Numbered from the stretch's first letter, positions 1 to 12,696 are shown. The stretch: DNA of 64,000 nt from Heteronotia binoei (GCF_032191835.1 NC_083228.1:20894001-20958000); one strand, 5' to 3'. Numbers and translations: made by a program. Notes: a model not told the origin generated them from the letters alone.

Positions 1-715
1 CTCCTGAAAGAAAAACAGTGATTGTAACTAAAGGAGGGGAAGATAAGATAAATAAAATACTAACGAAGATTAATTGTCATACAGGGGTGCAATGGGCAAA
101 GCGTTTCCTACTCAGCAACATCTAAAAGTAGTGTTTCGGTCACTACAGTGTAATCCATCCCAGGGGAGTAAAGATACTTGTAGCCCTGCGTTCCAAGCAT
201 TTGCTTGTGCCAAGATGGGGAAGTTGAAGATCGTCCTGTTGGCTGATGGGAAATGAAACAAGACAAACCATTGTGAATCTTTCCTAAATTACTTGGAAAA
301 TGTTTGCCAGCTTGGAGTCTTTTTTTTTCGGTAAGCTGGAGGAAAAAAAGAATATCGTGCTTCTAGAGGAGTGCTGGATAATACTGCACTTGTGCTTCTA
401 GAGGAGGGTCGGATAATACTCACATGGCAGGCTCTCCACAAGTCTTTTTTAGAGGCGTTGCAGAATCTTTCACAACAGGACTTCGTTTTCATGTATTGGT
501 GCAAAAATAAATGTACATTCAAAGGAATTCTGACAGCTTGGGATCACAGACTAGGCCATTTTCACTATATTTTATTGTATTCTTTTTTTCTAATGGCAAA
601 CTAGAATGATGTTTACATGTTAAATAGTAAATTAGGTGGACAAGAACATTGCTATGCAAAGTATTTCTCTTTTAGCGAGAGAAATATTCAAATAGGGCTA
701 TTGGCTGTTTATTTG

Positions 716-857
716 TATTTCTCCCATGGGATCCAGGGAACTGTGCAAAGGAAGTTCTGGCTCTTTCCTTTCTTCCCTAGGGGACCAGGAGGGAGAGGAG
801 CCTCAGCCAATAGAAAGAAGAGAGGCTTGGCTCAGTAGCTCTGTGTGATTGAGAGAA
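716..857 (+). mobile_element. Internal fragment of hAT family B
   Basis: Matches 9325-9470. Confidence 0.65.
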
Positions 858-1179
858 AACAACCAAAAGCTCAAGGCTCACGACCCATACACTGCAGTCT
901 AAATGTATTGTATAACACACTTACAAAAAACTATATATAAAACATTCCAATAGCAAACTCAGTTGCATACAAACATGCTGAGTCAAGAAAAAGTTCGCAA
1001 TGAATCATTGCATACAAACATGCTGTCTCAAGAAAAAGTCCCCATGTTTGTATGCAAGCATGTTTATCTCATTACGTAGACTAAACTCATCTTCCACTAT
1101 ATTTTAATGTATTTTTCTTCTAATGCCAAACTATGTGTATGTTACATGTGAAAAGGCAAATTAGTTGGATGGAAAAACT

Positions 1180-1515
1180 TCTGAGAAAGTAATGCCCTTT
1201 TTTTGACCCAGGCTTATGTAATAGAGTAATTGACAGACATTCTCACATTTTGGCTTATTACTGTTTTATTGCTTTCTCATACTCATGCGACCCAGATCAA
1301 AGGTTTGCTCAATTTATTCATTTTACCATTCTGTCATTGGATCTTAAATTTGTACCATTTTGCATTCTAAGCCACTGCCTACCAGCTATATGTAGCTCTG
1401 TTCAATGTGACTGATTCTTCGTCTGATGAAGTGTGCTTGGAGCACACGAAAGATTACGTTCTGAATAAAACTTCGTTGGTCTTAAAGGTGAATTTGACTC
1501 CTACTTTGTTCTAGG
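1180..1515 (+). mobile_element. Penelope-like element 3' end / pseudo-LTR fragment with a minimal hammerhead motif
   Basis: CGT-CTGATGA-A-GTGTGCT/AGCACAC-GAAA-GATT-ACG at 1420-1458. Homologous to 4895-5260 on the opposite strand. Confidence 0.7.
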
Positions 1516-1734
1516 CCATTTTATGAATGACACATCAGTTCAAATTAACTCAAAACTGCACTAACTCTTAAATTTTTAATGCCAAACATGTTTTCAAAAT
1601 ATTTTTATTTCATTTGGGTGAGATGGTCTTCAACAAGATAATTACTGTAAGTATGGATTTGGTTGGTTTTATTGCTCTCTACATTTGTAAGTTTCCTTGA
1701 TTTGAGTAAATATTAGCAACTATTCTCCCAGAAG

Positions 1735-2042
1735 AAGCCCTGTGGTGCAGAGGAGTAAAGCTACAGTACTGCAGTCCGAGCTTTCTGCTCACGATCTGAG
1801 TTCGATCCTGGCGGAAGCTGGGTTCAAGTAACCAGCTCAAGGTTGACTCAGCCTTCTCCATCCTTCTGAAGTCGGTAAAATGAGTACCCAGCTTGCTGGC
1901 GGGGGGAAGTGTAGATGACTGGGGAAGGCAATGGCAAATCACTCCGTAAAAAGTCTGCCGTGAAAACAGTGTGATGCGACATCACCCCAGAGGCGGAAAC
2001 AACTGGGGATTGCACAGGGGAATACCTTTACATTTTTTTTTT
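1735..2042 (+). mobile_element. Sauria SINE (tRNA-derived, Bov-B-type tail)
   Basis: A-box-like TGGTGCAGAGG, B-box GAGTTCGATCC, body GGTTGACTCAGCCTT...GGAAGGCAATGGCAAA, ACCTTT tail. Confidence 0.85.
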
Positions 2043-2771
2043 ACCCATTCTCCCTAAGCAATCACTGGCTCCTCAACTGAAAGACATTGGGCTTTCCGTG
2101 TTTGATACAGATATTTTTAGAATGTTATACTGATGTGATTTATTCGTTTTGGTTTCATTGTGTTATTCTTAGCCATCATATGGTATTCAACTTGCTTAAA
2201 TCCTGTTGTTCTACATGGTTGATAGCCATTGTGATCTGCATTTTGACCTGTGGGAGACATTGGATCAACCTAACGCTGGCAGCCCTACTAAGCCGTACCA
2301 CAAGAATCGATCCTTTGATGGAATGTGCCTTTAACGACTCCCAAGGATTGCTAACAAGTGACCAATGTAAAAGCTCTCCTCCATTTTGGTAGGGTTAACT
2401 TTTTAATTAGCTTGCACGTTTCTTAGGTACTGGAAAAGTTTAGATTCAAGGTGAACAGGAGCCATGCACCATAGGATGCATATTCTGGTAAATCCAGAAA
2501 GGGGGATAATCACGGTAGGGTTAACTACCTCCAGGTAGCACCTGGAGACTTCCCGCTAGTACGGTTCACCTCCAGATGACCAAGATCTGTTCTCCTGGAG
2601 AAAATGGCAGGTTTATTGGGTAGACTCTATGGTATTTACCCTACTGGCATCCCTCCCCTCCCCAAATTCTGCTGTCCCCAGGCTCCACCTCAAGGTGAAA
2701 TCTCAAGGTATTTTCCCACCCAGAGCTGGCATTCCTAACTGTGAGGGGTTCCAACATAGGTGGGTCCAGTT

Positions 2772-2973
2772 TAGGGTTGCCAGCCTCCAGTTGTGGCTGG
2801 AGATCTCCCACAATTCAACTGAACTCCAGGCGACAGAGATCAGTTCACCTGAAGAAAACCGCTGCTTTGAAGGCCAGACTCTATGGCACTGAAGTCCCTT
2901 CCCTCTCCAAACCCCACACGCCTGTCTCCACCCCCAAAATCTGGTAATTCCCAACTCGGAGCTGGCAACCCTA
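2772..2973. mobile_element. MITE with TAGGGTTGCC...GGCAACCCTA termini (family D). Further copies at about 2517-2700, 3183-4427, 5945-6141, 6403-6740, 9969-10164 and 11351-11588.
   Basis: Shared terminal inverted repeat and an internal TTCTCCAGGGGAACT-type motif. hAT affiliation is a guess, and no TSD was readable. Confidence 0.65.
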
Positions 2974-4894
2974 TCACTGATATACTGCAGATAAATCACT
3001 AGGTACAAAACTCCTTAGACTGGACTATTTCAGACTCTTTCTTATATCCATTCTCTCTCTTACACACACACTCTCTTTCACCCACCCAGTAAATCTAGAT
3101 GGTTAAGCTATAACAATTTGCCTGAAATGCTTGATTTCCATGGGCAGGGAGTGAAAGGTGGATCCCTCCTATGGGCTGGCACTAGGGTTGCCAAGTCCAA
3201 TACAAGAAATATCTGGGGACTTTGGGGGTGGAGCCAGGAGACTTTGGGGGTGGAGCCAGGAGGCATTGGGGTGGAGCCAGGAGCAAGGGTGTGCAAGCAT
3301 CACTGAACTCCAAGGGGAGTTCTGGTCATCACATTTAAAGGGACCACACATCTTTTAAATGCCTTCCTTCCATGAGAAATAATGAAGGATAGGGGCACCT
3401 TCTTTTGGGGGGCTCATAGAATTGAAACTTGGGGGGCATTTTGGGGAGAAGCACTGGATGCTATGCTGAAAATTTGGTGCCTCTTCCTCAAAAAACAGCT
3501 CCCCCCCCAGATACCCGCGGATCAATTCACCATTATATCCTATGGCAATGTGTCTCCATAGGGAATAATGGAGTGCCCAGCAAACATTTCCCTTCTCTCC
3601 CCCCCCACTTTCTGATGACCCTGAAGGGGGGGGGTAGGAGGGCCTCCAAACTGGGGGAATTCCTTGCCCCCACCTGGGGATTCCAGCACACTGCAAGATT
3701 TATAGAGCAGGAAAAACAGTTGTAAATAAATCACATTTGACTCACAGCACAGTTGCAATAGCAAAACATGAACTTGAAGCAATGAAAGCAACGAAAACTG
3801 ACTTGAGACGGAGTGCAGCAGCTTCCAGAAGCGCCAGCACTTTGGCTGACTCGATGAGCAACTGTGATTGCTATGTATGGTAAGCTCATTCTGTGCCACC
3901 ATTGTTTTCAAAGTTTATATTCTCAACCCGCTTCGGCACTTAAGCTATAAATCATAAATGATAAATCAGACATTTTCTTTTGCAAGAGGGTCCCCACCTG
4001 ACGGACTAGCGCCTGACGAAGCAGTCATCTGGGAAACGGTCTTCCTTTATTGGTCCACCGTTGCACTTCTTATCCCTCTCTGGGACTCACCTTTCATTGC
4101 TCAGGACTTGCAGTTCGAGAAGTTTCATTTGCATGGCTGCTTGAGAATTTGAGCATGGACTCTTTAAGAACTAACGATTAGGATGCAGCCTACGCAAAAC
4201 CGCTGCACTCTGTCTCGAGTCAGTTTTCATTGTTTTCATGGCTTCAGGTTCATGTTTTGCCATTGCAACTGTGTTGCCAGTCAAATGTGATTTATTTGCA
4301 ACTGTTTTTCCTGCTCTATAAATCTTGCGGTGTGTTGGAGTCGTGAGCCTTGTGCTTCTTCTCCCCTGCTTTCGAACACGGCTTCCTCTTTGTTTTTGCT
4401 TTTCTCACCCAGGGATTGGCAACCCTAGTTGGTACAGTTTGGGGAACATGCCACCATGGGATTTATCTGGTCATATAAATCAACCCTAAAGTTAACTCTG
4501 TGCTTTGGAAAATAAACATACACGTGACACAGATGCCTACTCTACTGGAGGATGATTTTCAGCAGGTAGGCCTCTTCAACAAAATCCTAACTACATTCAA
4601 AGAACTTGCCAAATGTAAGCAGCGCATGATTTCACACTCCCCCCACCGCTGTCCCCAGACAACAGCAGGTAGTAATCCTAGGATTTGCTTAACTGTTTGA
4701 GGAATGCACTACCTTTCAACGGGCTCCGTGCTTTAATATGTTGTCATGGTTAGTGCTTGTTTTGGAAAGCGCCAAACAGAAACACACATTTATTTCACTA
4801 AAGCTTGGATGGCGCTTGCAGTTCACGACAAATCTACGAAGACTTGCTCAGTATAAACAGAGGGAAATTTGTCCTTTCACATTAGAGGAGATAT

Positions 4895-5260
4895 ATCCAA
4901 ATAGGCAGCCGTGTTGGTCTGAAGTAGTAGAACAAAACAGGAGTCGATTGCACCTTTAAGACCAACTTAGTTTTATTCAGCTTTCGTGTGCATGCACACT
5001 TCTTCAGACGAGGAATGAGGTACAGTAAGCAGAACCACATATAGCTGGTGGGTTTTGGAATGCCAAGTGGTACAAAGTTAAAAACCAACAGCAGAATAGT
5101 CAAATTAACAAATTCAGAAAACCTTTGATCTGGGTTGAATTAGCATGGGAAACCATAAAACAGTAACATGTCAGAATGTGAGAATGCCTGTTGATTATTT
5201 TACTGCTAAAAAACCTGGGTCAAAAAGAAGGCATTTCTTTCCCAGAAGATATGTTTGGAC
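4895..5260 (-). mobile_element. Penelope-like fragment, second copy
   Basis: Reverse complement aligns by eye to 1180-1515. Degenerate hammerhead at 4979-5010. Confidence 0.7.
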
Positions 5261-5516
5261 AAGCAGAAGTAACCTGAATGAGCTGCTAATAAATACGAGG
5301 GGGAAGTTTTTAATCTTCCATTTAAGGCCAACAACATTTTACCTGTACATGGTATCCAGTATTTTTTAAACTGCTTTGGAAACTTCTGGATGGAGATGCC
5401 TGCCAAAACTCTTTTGCACCTTCCAGGTTCAAGAGAGGTGGTAAAAGGGTCATAAAACAGGCAGCATCTTGTAAAAACTACCTTACTAGAGCAGGCCAGG
5501 ATATATGTAGTTTAAT

Positions 5517-5960
5517 GTTCTAGATTAGATTGATGCAAAGTGCTCTACCTGGGGCTGTCCTTGAGAAGCATTCAGAAACTTCAGTTGGTACAGAATGCTG
5601 CAACCAAGATGTTGATTGGTGTGTCATGTGGACCATACCCGTCCAGTCTTGACCCATCTACACTGGCTCCCAATTGGTTTCTGGCAACAATTCAAGGTAT
5701 TGGAGCTCGCAGAGCTTTTTGTGTAGCAGAAACTCCTTTGCATATTAGGCCACACATCCCTGATGTAGCCAATCCTCCAAGAGCTGACAGGGCTCTTCTT
5801 ACAGGGCCTACTGTAAGCTCTTGGAGGACTGGCTATGTCAGGGGGTGTGGCCTAATATGCAAAGGAGTTCCTACTATAAAAAAGCCCTGGGTGTTCACCT
5901 TCAAAGCCTATACTGTTTGGGATCAACATATCTGAAAGACAGCCTATGTTGCCAGCTCAG
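5517..5960 (+). mobile_element. L2 fragment interrupted by a palindromic MITE
   Basis: SRLD...LYLGLSLRSIQKLQLVQNAA. Confidence 0.75.
5710..5889. mobile_element. Palindromic hAT MITE, family A
   Basis: Same hairpin body, degenerate TSD. Confidence 0.75.
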
Positions 5961-7791
5961 AGTTGGGAAATACCTGGAGACTTGGGGATTGGTATCTGAA
6001 GAGGGCAGGGTTTGGGGAGGGGAGGGATTTTAATGGGGCATAAGGCTACAGACCCCACTTTCCAAAGCAGCCATTTTCTCCAGGGGAACTCACCCTTGTC
6101 ACCTGGAGATTTCCAGCCACCACCTGGAGGATGGTAACCCTGCCTATGAACCTGCCCAATCTTTGGGATGCCATGCTTTGGGTGCTCCACCTTCTCCGTC
6201 ATGGGACCAAAGCTCTGGAACATTCTCTGCCCAAGGCAATTCACCTGTCCCCTTCTGTGGCCAGTCTTCACCAGTGGCTGGAGACTTTCTCCTCAATGGG
6301 CCTTCTTTCCTAGCCAATATTTTAATTGCTGTTTTTAATATCATTTATGTATTTTAATTTTATTTCTAATTGTTTCAGAGATTCATATTTGGGAAGAGGG
6401 GGTAGGGTTGCCAGGTCCCATAATTGTGCTGGTGGGGGATGGGAGGTGTTTTGGGAGTGGGAAGGGACATTACGTGATATAGGCATGCCAGTGATGGGAG
6501 CGACACTCTGGGTTTTGGGCAAAACTCTTATGATAAAATTGCCTTCAAACCATAGAGTTCTGCCCCCAAACCAGAGCATCACCCTCACCAACGTGCCTGT
6601 GTCACTTCCGGGTGATGTCAGCTCATCACACACATCATTGTTTGGGGGAGTAGGGAAGTTTCCTCCCACCAGCTGCTTGTGGGTAGGAGCCCATGAAAAT
6701 GGGGGATTCCGCCACCCCCACCTGGGGAATAATAACCCTAGGGGTGTCAATCAATCAATCTGTGATGTCCTCTGGGGGCAAGGGAACCTCATACCTGGGT
6801 CCAGGAAGTCTTGAAAGCACCAGCCTGCCCGTCACTGCTTTCTTGAATAGATTCTTTTTATTTCCATTTGACTGTTCCAGGTACCTGAAGGTGTGGTTAT
6901 CTTCACCCACCTCAAGGTTACAAAGCATTACAATGGAGAAGAGGCACAATATCGCAGCAGCCTGCCTCCTTGCCTGGGAACCCCCCTGAGACAACTCTTG
7001 TCCCTCTCTGGCTTCTTCTTCATCCCCCCCTCCCCCCGCCTTGGTTTCCCTTTGCTCCTGGGCCTTTTAACTCTAGCTCTTTCCTCTTCCTGACTACTTA
7101 TAGCCTTAGCTCCACAGCCCGGCTTCTTGGGTTAAGCTCTTTCCTGTTTCCTGTGCCTTAGCCAGCTCCTGTTCTCCACAGCCACGCCCTGACAACCCCC
7201 CTGCCCCCAGGTAGACCTTGCTTCCTTGCCTAGGCTGCTTGGAATGCCGTCCAAGCCACCCTGTCGCAGAGGCTACCACAGCTGCGTCTTCCTGCACGTG
7301 CAGATCTGTGCCGTTGTCAGGGGAAATGAAGAAGCAGCCTTGTTGCATTCCACCCACCCCCAAAGAGCTGCAACTTGATGGCACTTCACGTACATACACT
7401 GTACTAATTTCGGGTCCCTGGGAGGGAAGTTGGCAAGGTATGGCCTGAGGTCATCAGATCTTGGAAGCGAGGCAGGGTCGGTACTTGGAAGGGAGACCTC
7501 CAAGGAAGGTTCTGCAGAGGAAAGCAATGGCAAACCACCTCCGCTTCTCATTTGCCTTGGAAGCCCCTTGCTGGGGTTGCCATAAACTGGCTGGGATTTG
7601 ACAGCACTTGACACACACATTTCCATGGGCTCTTACTGGCTTTTGTTCTTAGAGTGCCATGGAATCTCAGGAATTGGCTTGCGCTCCATAGAGATCAACA
7701 GCATCTTGTAATTTAAACAGTAGACCCCTTTTCCAAGGCTCTACTTAGGAAAGGGGTATAATCTTATTTTTGTAAAAATACCTTTATACTG

Positions 7792-8416
7792 CAGGGGTGT
7801 CAAACATGCAGCCCAGGGGACGGATCAGGCCTCCAGAGGGCTCCTATCAGGCCCGTGAGTAACTCACTGTCGTCTGCTTCCTTCCCTTGCTTCCAATTGC
7901 ATCGCAGTTTGCTTTGCCAGGCTTGCTCGATCAAGCTACAGAGAACAGCTTCCATTTTCTCCATTGGCTGACCAGCACATAAAGCAACTTATGTACAAAA
8001 GCTTGCAATGCCCAGCCATTTCATGTTTTCCTCTGGGTCTTAGGCTCAAAGCATTGACCATGAGATTTCTGTAATGAATGTCAATAAATCAAAAGGTTTG
8101 CAACCTTACAGATACAAGACCTGAACTGCATACTCAAGATTTCTACAGCACAGACATTATCTCCAGATTTTGATGCAATAATTCAGAGCGAGAGGTGACA
8201 GTTATCAGAGACTGTTAAAAATTTTTTTAAAAAATGTGCTTATCTTTTGAGCAAGTTTTAAATTTTTTAAAAAAAATCTTTGTGTTTTTCTGTGTCCTTT
8301 CTAAAGTTTATATCTCTGCTATCTGGCATTACATTTTATGACACACGTGGCCTGGCTTGACGAGATGTCATTTATGTCAGATACGATCCTCATAACAAAA
8401 GAGTTTGACACCCCTG
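7792..8416 (-). mobile_element. Non-autonomous hAT element, family B (CAGGGGTGTCAAAC TIRs, Charlie/Buster-like)
   Basis: TIRs at both ends, approximate TSD CTTTATAC/CCTTATAC. Confidence 0.75.
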
Positions 8417-8424
8417 CCTTATAC

Positions 8425-8713
8425 AAAAGGTAAAGGTAGTCCCCCGTGCAAGCACCAGTCATTTCTGACTCTGGGGTGACGTTGCTTTCACAAGGTTTCA
8501 CAGCAGACTTTTTACGGGGTGGTTTGCCATTGCCTTACCTAGGCATCTACACTTTCCTCCCAGCAAGCTGGGTACTCATTTTGTCAACCTCAGGAGGATG
8601 GAAGGCTGAGTCAACCTGGAGCCAGCTACCTGAACCCAGCTTCTGCCGGGATCGAACTCAGGGTGTGAGCAGAGCTTAGGACTGCAGCTCTACCACTCTG
8701 CACCACGGGGCTC
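8425..8713 (-). mobile_element. Sauria SINE
   Basis: Reverse-complement copy with an (ACCTTT)n tail. Confidence 0.85.
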
Positions 8714-9100
8714 TTTTTGCCTTCAAGGGATCTTTTAAATTACAGGCTGCGCTTGACCCCTTTTGAAATGTGGTTAAACTTGAACAACAGCAGATATACT
8801 GCTGCACTATTTGGAAGAGCAAGATGTCTTTTCCAGCACTCTGTAGCGAAAAGCTACAAAAAAAGAGGCGGGGGAGATGCTGCATTTCAATCTTTTTCCA
8901 GCTCCAACCATCCCCTATTTTAAGGCCTTGAAAATGTGCAATGCCTCTTATACAAACAGACTTTCAGCCCTCTGCAGTAATTGTCTTTTTTGCAAACATC
9001 AATGAAATGGCCCTTTTCCACTGAAATCCTCAGGAGCTGGCCATTGGGTAATGAATGCATCGGGGCTGAATTACTGTAGGGAAGGGAGATTCAGACCTCT

Positions 9101-9693
9101 ATGAGGGCCGGATCTGACATAAATGAGACCTTGTTAGGCCGGGCCATGTCAAGTTGGGCCAAGCCATGTCAGGCTGGGCCATGTGTGTACCTATTTAAGA
9201 TCGGTAGCACAGATATAAATTTTATAAAGAACACAGACAAACACAAATATGTTTTTAAAAAAAAAAACTTAAAACATGCTTAAAACGTTAGCACTCATTG
9301 ATCTTAATGATGCTTTCTTTGTATTTCTCCCATGAGATTGAGTGAACTGGGCAAAGGAAGCTCTGGCTCTTTCCTTCCTTTCCCAGGGGACCAGGAGGGG
9401 GAGGAGCCTCAGCCAGTAGAAGGAAGAGAGGCTTGGCTCAGTAGCTCTGCTGTGCAATTGAGAGAGCCTGGAAAAGAAAGCTCTCCCTCCCCCACCTTCT
9501 TCCCCAAGGGAGGAGCCTCAGCCAATGGAGAAAACAGAGGTTTTGCTCTGTAGTTCCTGTGCAACGGAGCAAGCCTTGCAAAGCAAGCTGTGATGCAGAA
9601 GGAAAAAGGAAGCAAGAGCCAGTTGCTCTGGGGCCTGATAGGAGCCCTACGGAGACCTAATTTGGCCCCCGAACTGCATGTTTGACACCCCTG
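9101..9693 (+). mobile_element. hAT family B, left end truncated
   Basis: Ends GTTTGACACCCCTG followed by CTCTAGAC. Confidence 0.75.
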
Positions 9694-10206
9694 CTCTAGA
9701 CTTAACACGTGCACCAAACAAGCAAAAAGAGGTGCTGCACAGCTTCTTGGAAAGCATTTATCCTGGAGACACAACTCGTACAACATCTCATCCAAGAAAG
9801 GAAATGCTTTTGACAGCTTCTGTTATTAAGCTGTTCCTCCAGCATTATAATTAGTGTCGAACTACTTTTGTAACATTTGGCCAGGATCCAAAGAGCCCAG
9901 AAGTTGCTGCTGTATGCAAAGCAAACATTCCCAGGCTGTTCCACTTCACATCAATTCTCATACCCCCTTAGGGTCACCAACCCCCCAAATGGGAAATTCC
10001 TAGAGAGTTGGAGATGGAGCTTGGGGTGGGGATGGATCTCAGCGGGGTATAATGTCCGTCCTCCAATGCAGCTGTTTTCTCTGGTGGAACTGATTTCTCT
10101 GTTGTCTGGAGATGTTATAATTCTTTAAATCTCCAGGCCCCACCTTGGAGTTGGGGACTCCCTAGTCCCTTCCCATCTGCAAAGCCATTCACAAAGAATC
10201 AATAAG

Positions 10207-10500
10207 AAAGTAAAGGTAGCCCCCTGTGCAAGCACCAGTCGTTTCCAACTCTGGGGTGACATCACCTCACGACGTTTTCATGGCAGACTTTTTTACGGGG
10301 TGGTCTGCCATTGCCTTCCCCAGTCATTTACACTCCCCCCCCCCGCAAACAAGCTGGGTACTCATTTTACCAACCTCGGAAGGATGGAAGGCTGAGTCAA
10401 CCTTGAGCCGGCTACCTGAATCCAGCTTCCGCTGGGATCGAACTCAAGTCATGAGCAGAGAGCTCGGACTGCAGTTTTACCGCTTTGCGCCACGGGGCAC
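10207..10500 (-). mobile_element. Sauria SINE
   Basis: Reverse-complement copy of the same family. Confidence 0.85.
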
Positions 10501-10644
10501 CTCAAAGAATCAACACGGCAGCTGAAAACAATGCCAGCACACGTCTTTCTGGGTGTTGTCTTTACCTATACCTACAAGGCTAGGTGTGGACGTGAGCAAC
10601 ATAAGCAGAATAAATGCCAAAGGGCGAGAGACACTTAATGGCCA

Positions 10645-10890
10645 CGGATCCAAGTGGGCAGCCGTGTTGGTCTGAAGCAATAGAACAAAGCAGTGGTCAA
10701 TTTGTGATTCTTTTAATCTGCTAAAAAACATTTCCATGACTCTACATACTAATTCCCACTGCCCGCTTTCTCTACATTTAGGACTGCTTGCCATTCCATT
10801 TTTGTCTCATGCAGTCTGCTTAGACCACACGAAAGCTTACATTCGGAATAAAACTTAAATTGGTCTTAAAGGTGAAACTTGACTACTGCT
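10645..10890. mobile_element. Degenerate Penelope-like inverted remnant
   Basis: GGATCCAAGTGGGCAGCCGTGTTGGTCTGAAG (minus) and CACACGAAAGCTTACATTC...GGTCTTAAAGGTG (plus), the same motifs as 29001-29236. Confidence 0.55.
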
Positions 10891-11719
10891 TTGACTTAAA
10901 GGCCATGTGACTGCCCACGGATCGGCTGGGCACCAACAACGTAGTTACTACCTGGCTGATTGGCAGAGGAGGGAGCAATAATGGGGCCAGGTAGGATGAG
11001 GCCAGACCTATCAACCAATCAGCTCTTCAATTCCTGCAGACCCTAGGAAGTCCTCTGGAAAGACTGGCCTTCAACAGCAAGACCTATTGACCAATCAGCT
11101 CTTCAACTCTATCAGGCCTATTAGGATAGGTCAGTTTTTGCTCCAGCCAGAGGCAAAGCAAGGCAAGGGTAAAGGTTTTTCCGGAGGCCTTGATGAAGTG
11201 GATAGGCAAGGGGGCGGAGGGACACAGCAGGGAGTCCAAGTTCGGCTGATGAAGACGAATTCCTGCCCCAAGACGACAAAGGAGATGGAAACACAGAAAG
11301 GGTAGCGCCTTGGAACTAAGCATGAGTGAATACTGGTCATACGTTGTTTTTAGGGATACCAGTCCTGTGGATCCCCGGAATTACCGATAAACCCCCCAGC
11401 CTGCAGAGATAAGTTCTCCTGGAGAAAATGGATGTTTTGGAGGGTAGACTCTGTGGCATTGTATCCCCTGAGGTCTCTGTCCTCCCCTGGCTCCACCCCC
11501 AAGTCTCCAGAAGTTTCTAACCTGGATATGGTAACCCTATCCCACCCCGAATCCTCTGCTAGTGGCCAAAGGGGGAACTGGCAACCCAAGTTGCTTTAGT
11601 TTCTGATGAGGGCTAAGATTAAACCATGAAACTGTTACCTGAGAAAGAATACCACCATGAAAGGCAATCAGACTGAGAACAAATAAAGTGAGCTTCTCTA
11701 AACTTGTGTCTTGGTCCAT

Positions 11720-12010
11720 TTACCAGAGTGGTAAAGCAGCAGTACTGTGATCTGAACTCTCTGCTCACGACCTGAGTTCGATTCCAGCGGAAGCTGGGTT
11801 CAGGTAGCCGGCCCAAGGTTGACTCAGCCTTCCATCCTTCCGAGGTTGGTAAAATTAGTACCCAGCTTGCTGGAGGGAAAGTGTAAAAGACTGGGGAAGG
11901 CAATGGCAAACCACCCCGTAAAAAGTCTGCCATGAAAACGTTGTGAAAGCAACATCACCCCAGAGTCAGAAACGACTGGTGCTTGCACAGGGGACCTTTC
12001 CTTTCCTTCC
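11720..12010 (+). mobile_element. Sauria SINE
   Basis: Same body and ACCTTT tail. Confidence 0.85.
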
Positions 12011-12629
12011 ATTGAACTGTTCCATTCAAACCTTTTAAAGACCATCAGATGGCACCTGCCTTAGCAGTTTGAAGCGTTTTTTGAAAAAAAGGAACAATGA
12101 CTCATTCTAGGATCTCGATGAAAACAGGAAGCTAGAACCTTCACAGAACTTCTTATATGCTGTGGGAAACTGAGCAACAGCTGGTGCTGCGGTTTTGCAA
12201 TTTTAAGTGGGGTTATGTTGGATCAAGGCCAGAAATGGAAGGGTGAACTGAAGGAGATACACAAATCCTTAGGGCTGTGCATTTCACAAGACTGTTCCCA
12301 CAGCAATGATAAACCAAGCGGCATGAGAAGACAGCCAAAACTTAAGAGGAGAGAACCTTGTCTTTGGAGTGAATTTCTGTAGCCTACAATGGATTCTACA
12401 GGAAGCTCAGTACAAGCCCATAGGCTTCAGTCGTGGCACACCCCTGGCCAGCTGAGTGAAATTTGGGCTGAACTACTGTCCATTCCTTGTTGCAGGTAGT
12501 AGTTAAGCCTGGGTATAGCCAGAAGCATGAAGCAAAGCATTCTTGGCCCTTGACTTTTAGCCTTTGGCTTGCAGACTGTAGCTCCATCAGCTGGGTCAAT
12601 GAATCCAGGAAGTATTACACAGTTTTTCC

Positions 12630-12696
12630 TATCTATCAATCATCTATCCATCCATCCTCTGTTTATCCATCCTCTATCCATTATCCATCCATCCAT
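12630..12696. repeat. Degenerate (ATCC/ATCT)n microsatellite
   Basis: Read directly. Confidence 0.8.

Noticed and set aside
357-425. 35-bp tandem duplication
   Set aside because: Two copies only, an ordinary slippage event.
6326-6814. 162-aa ORF
   Set aside because: Runs through a family D MITE, with a non-ATG start.
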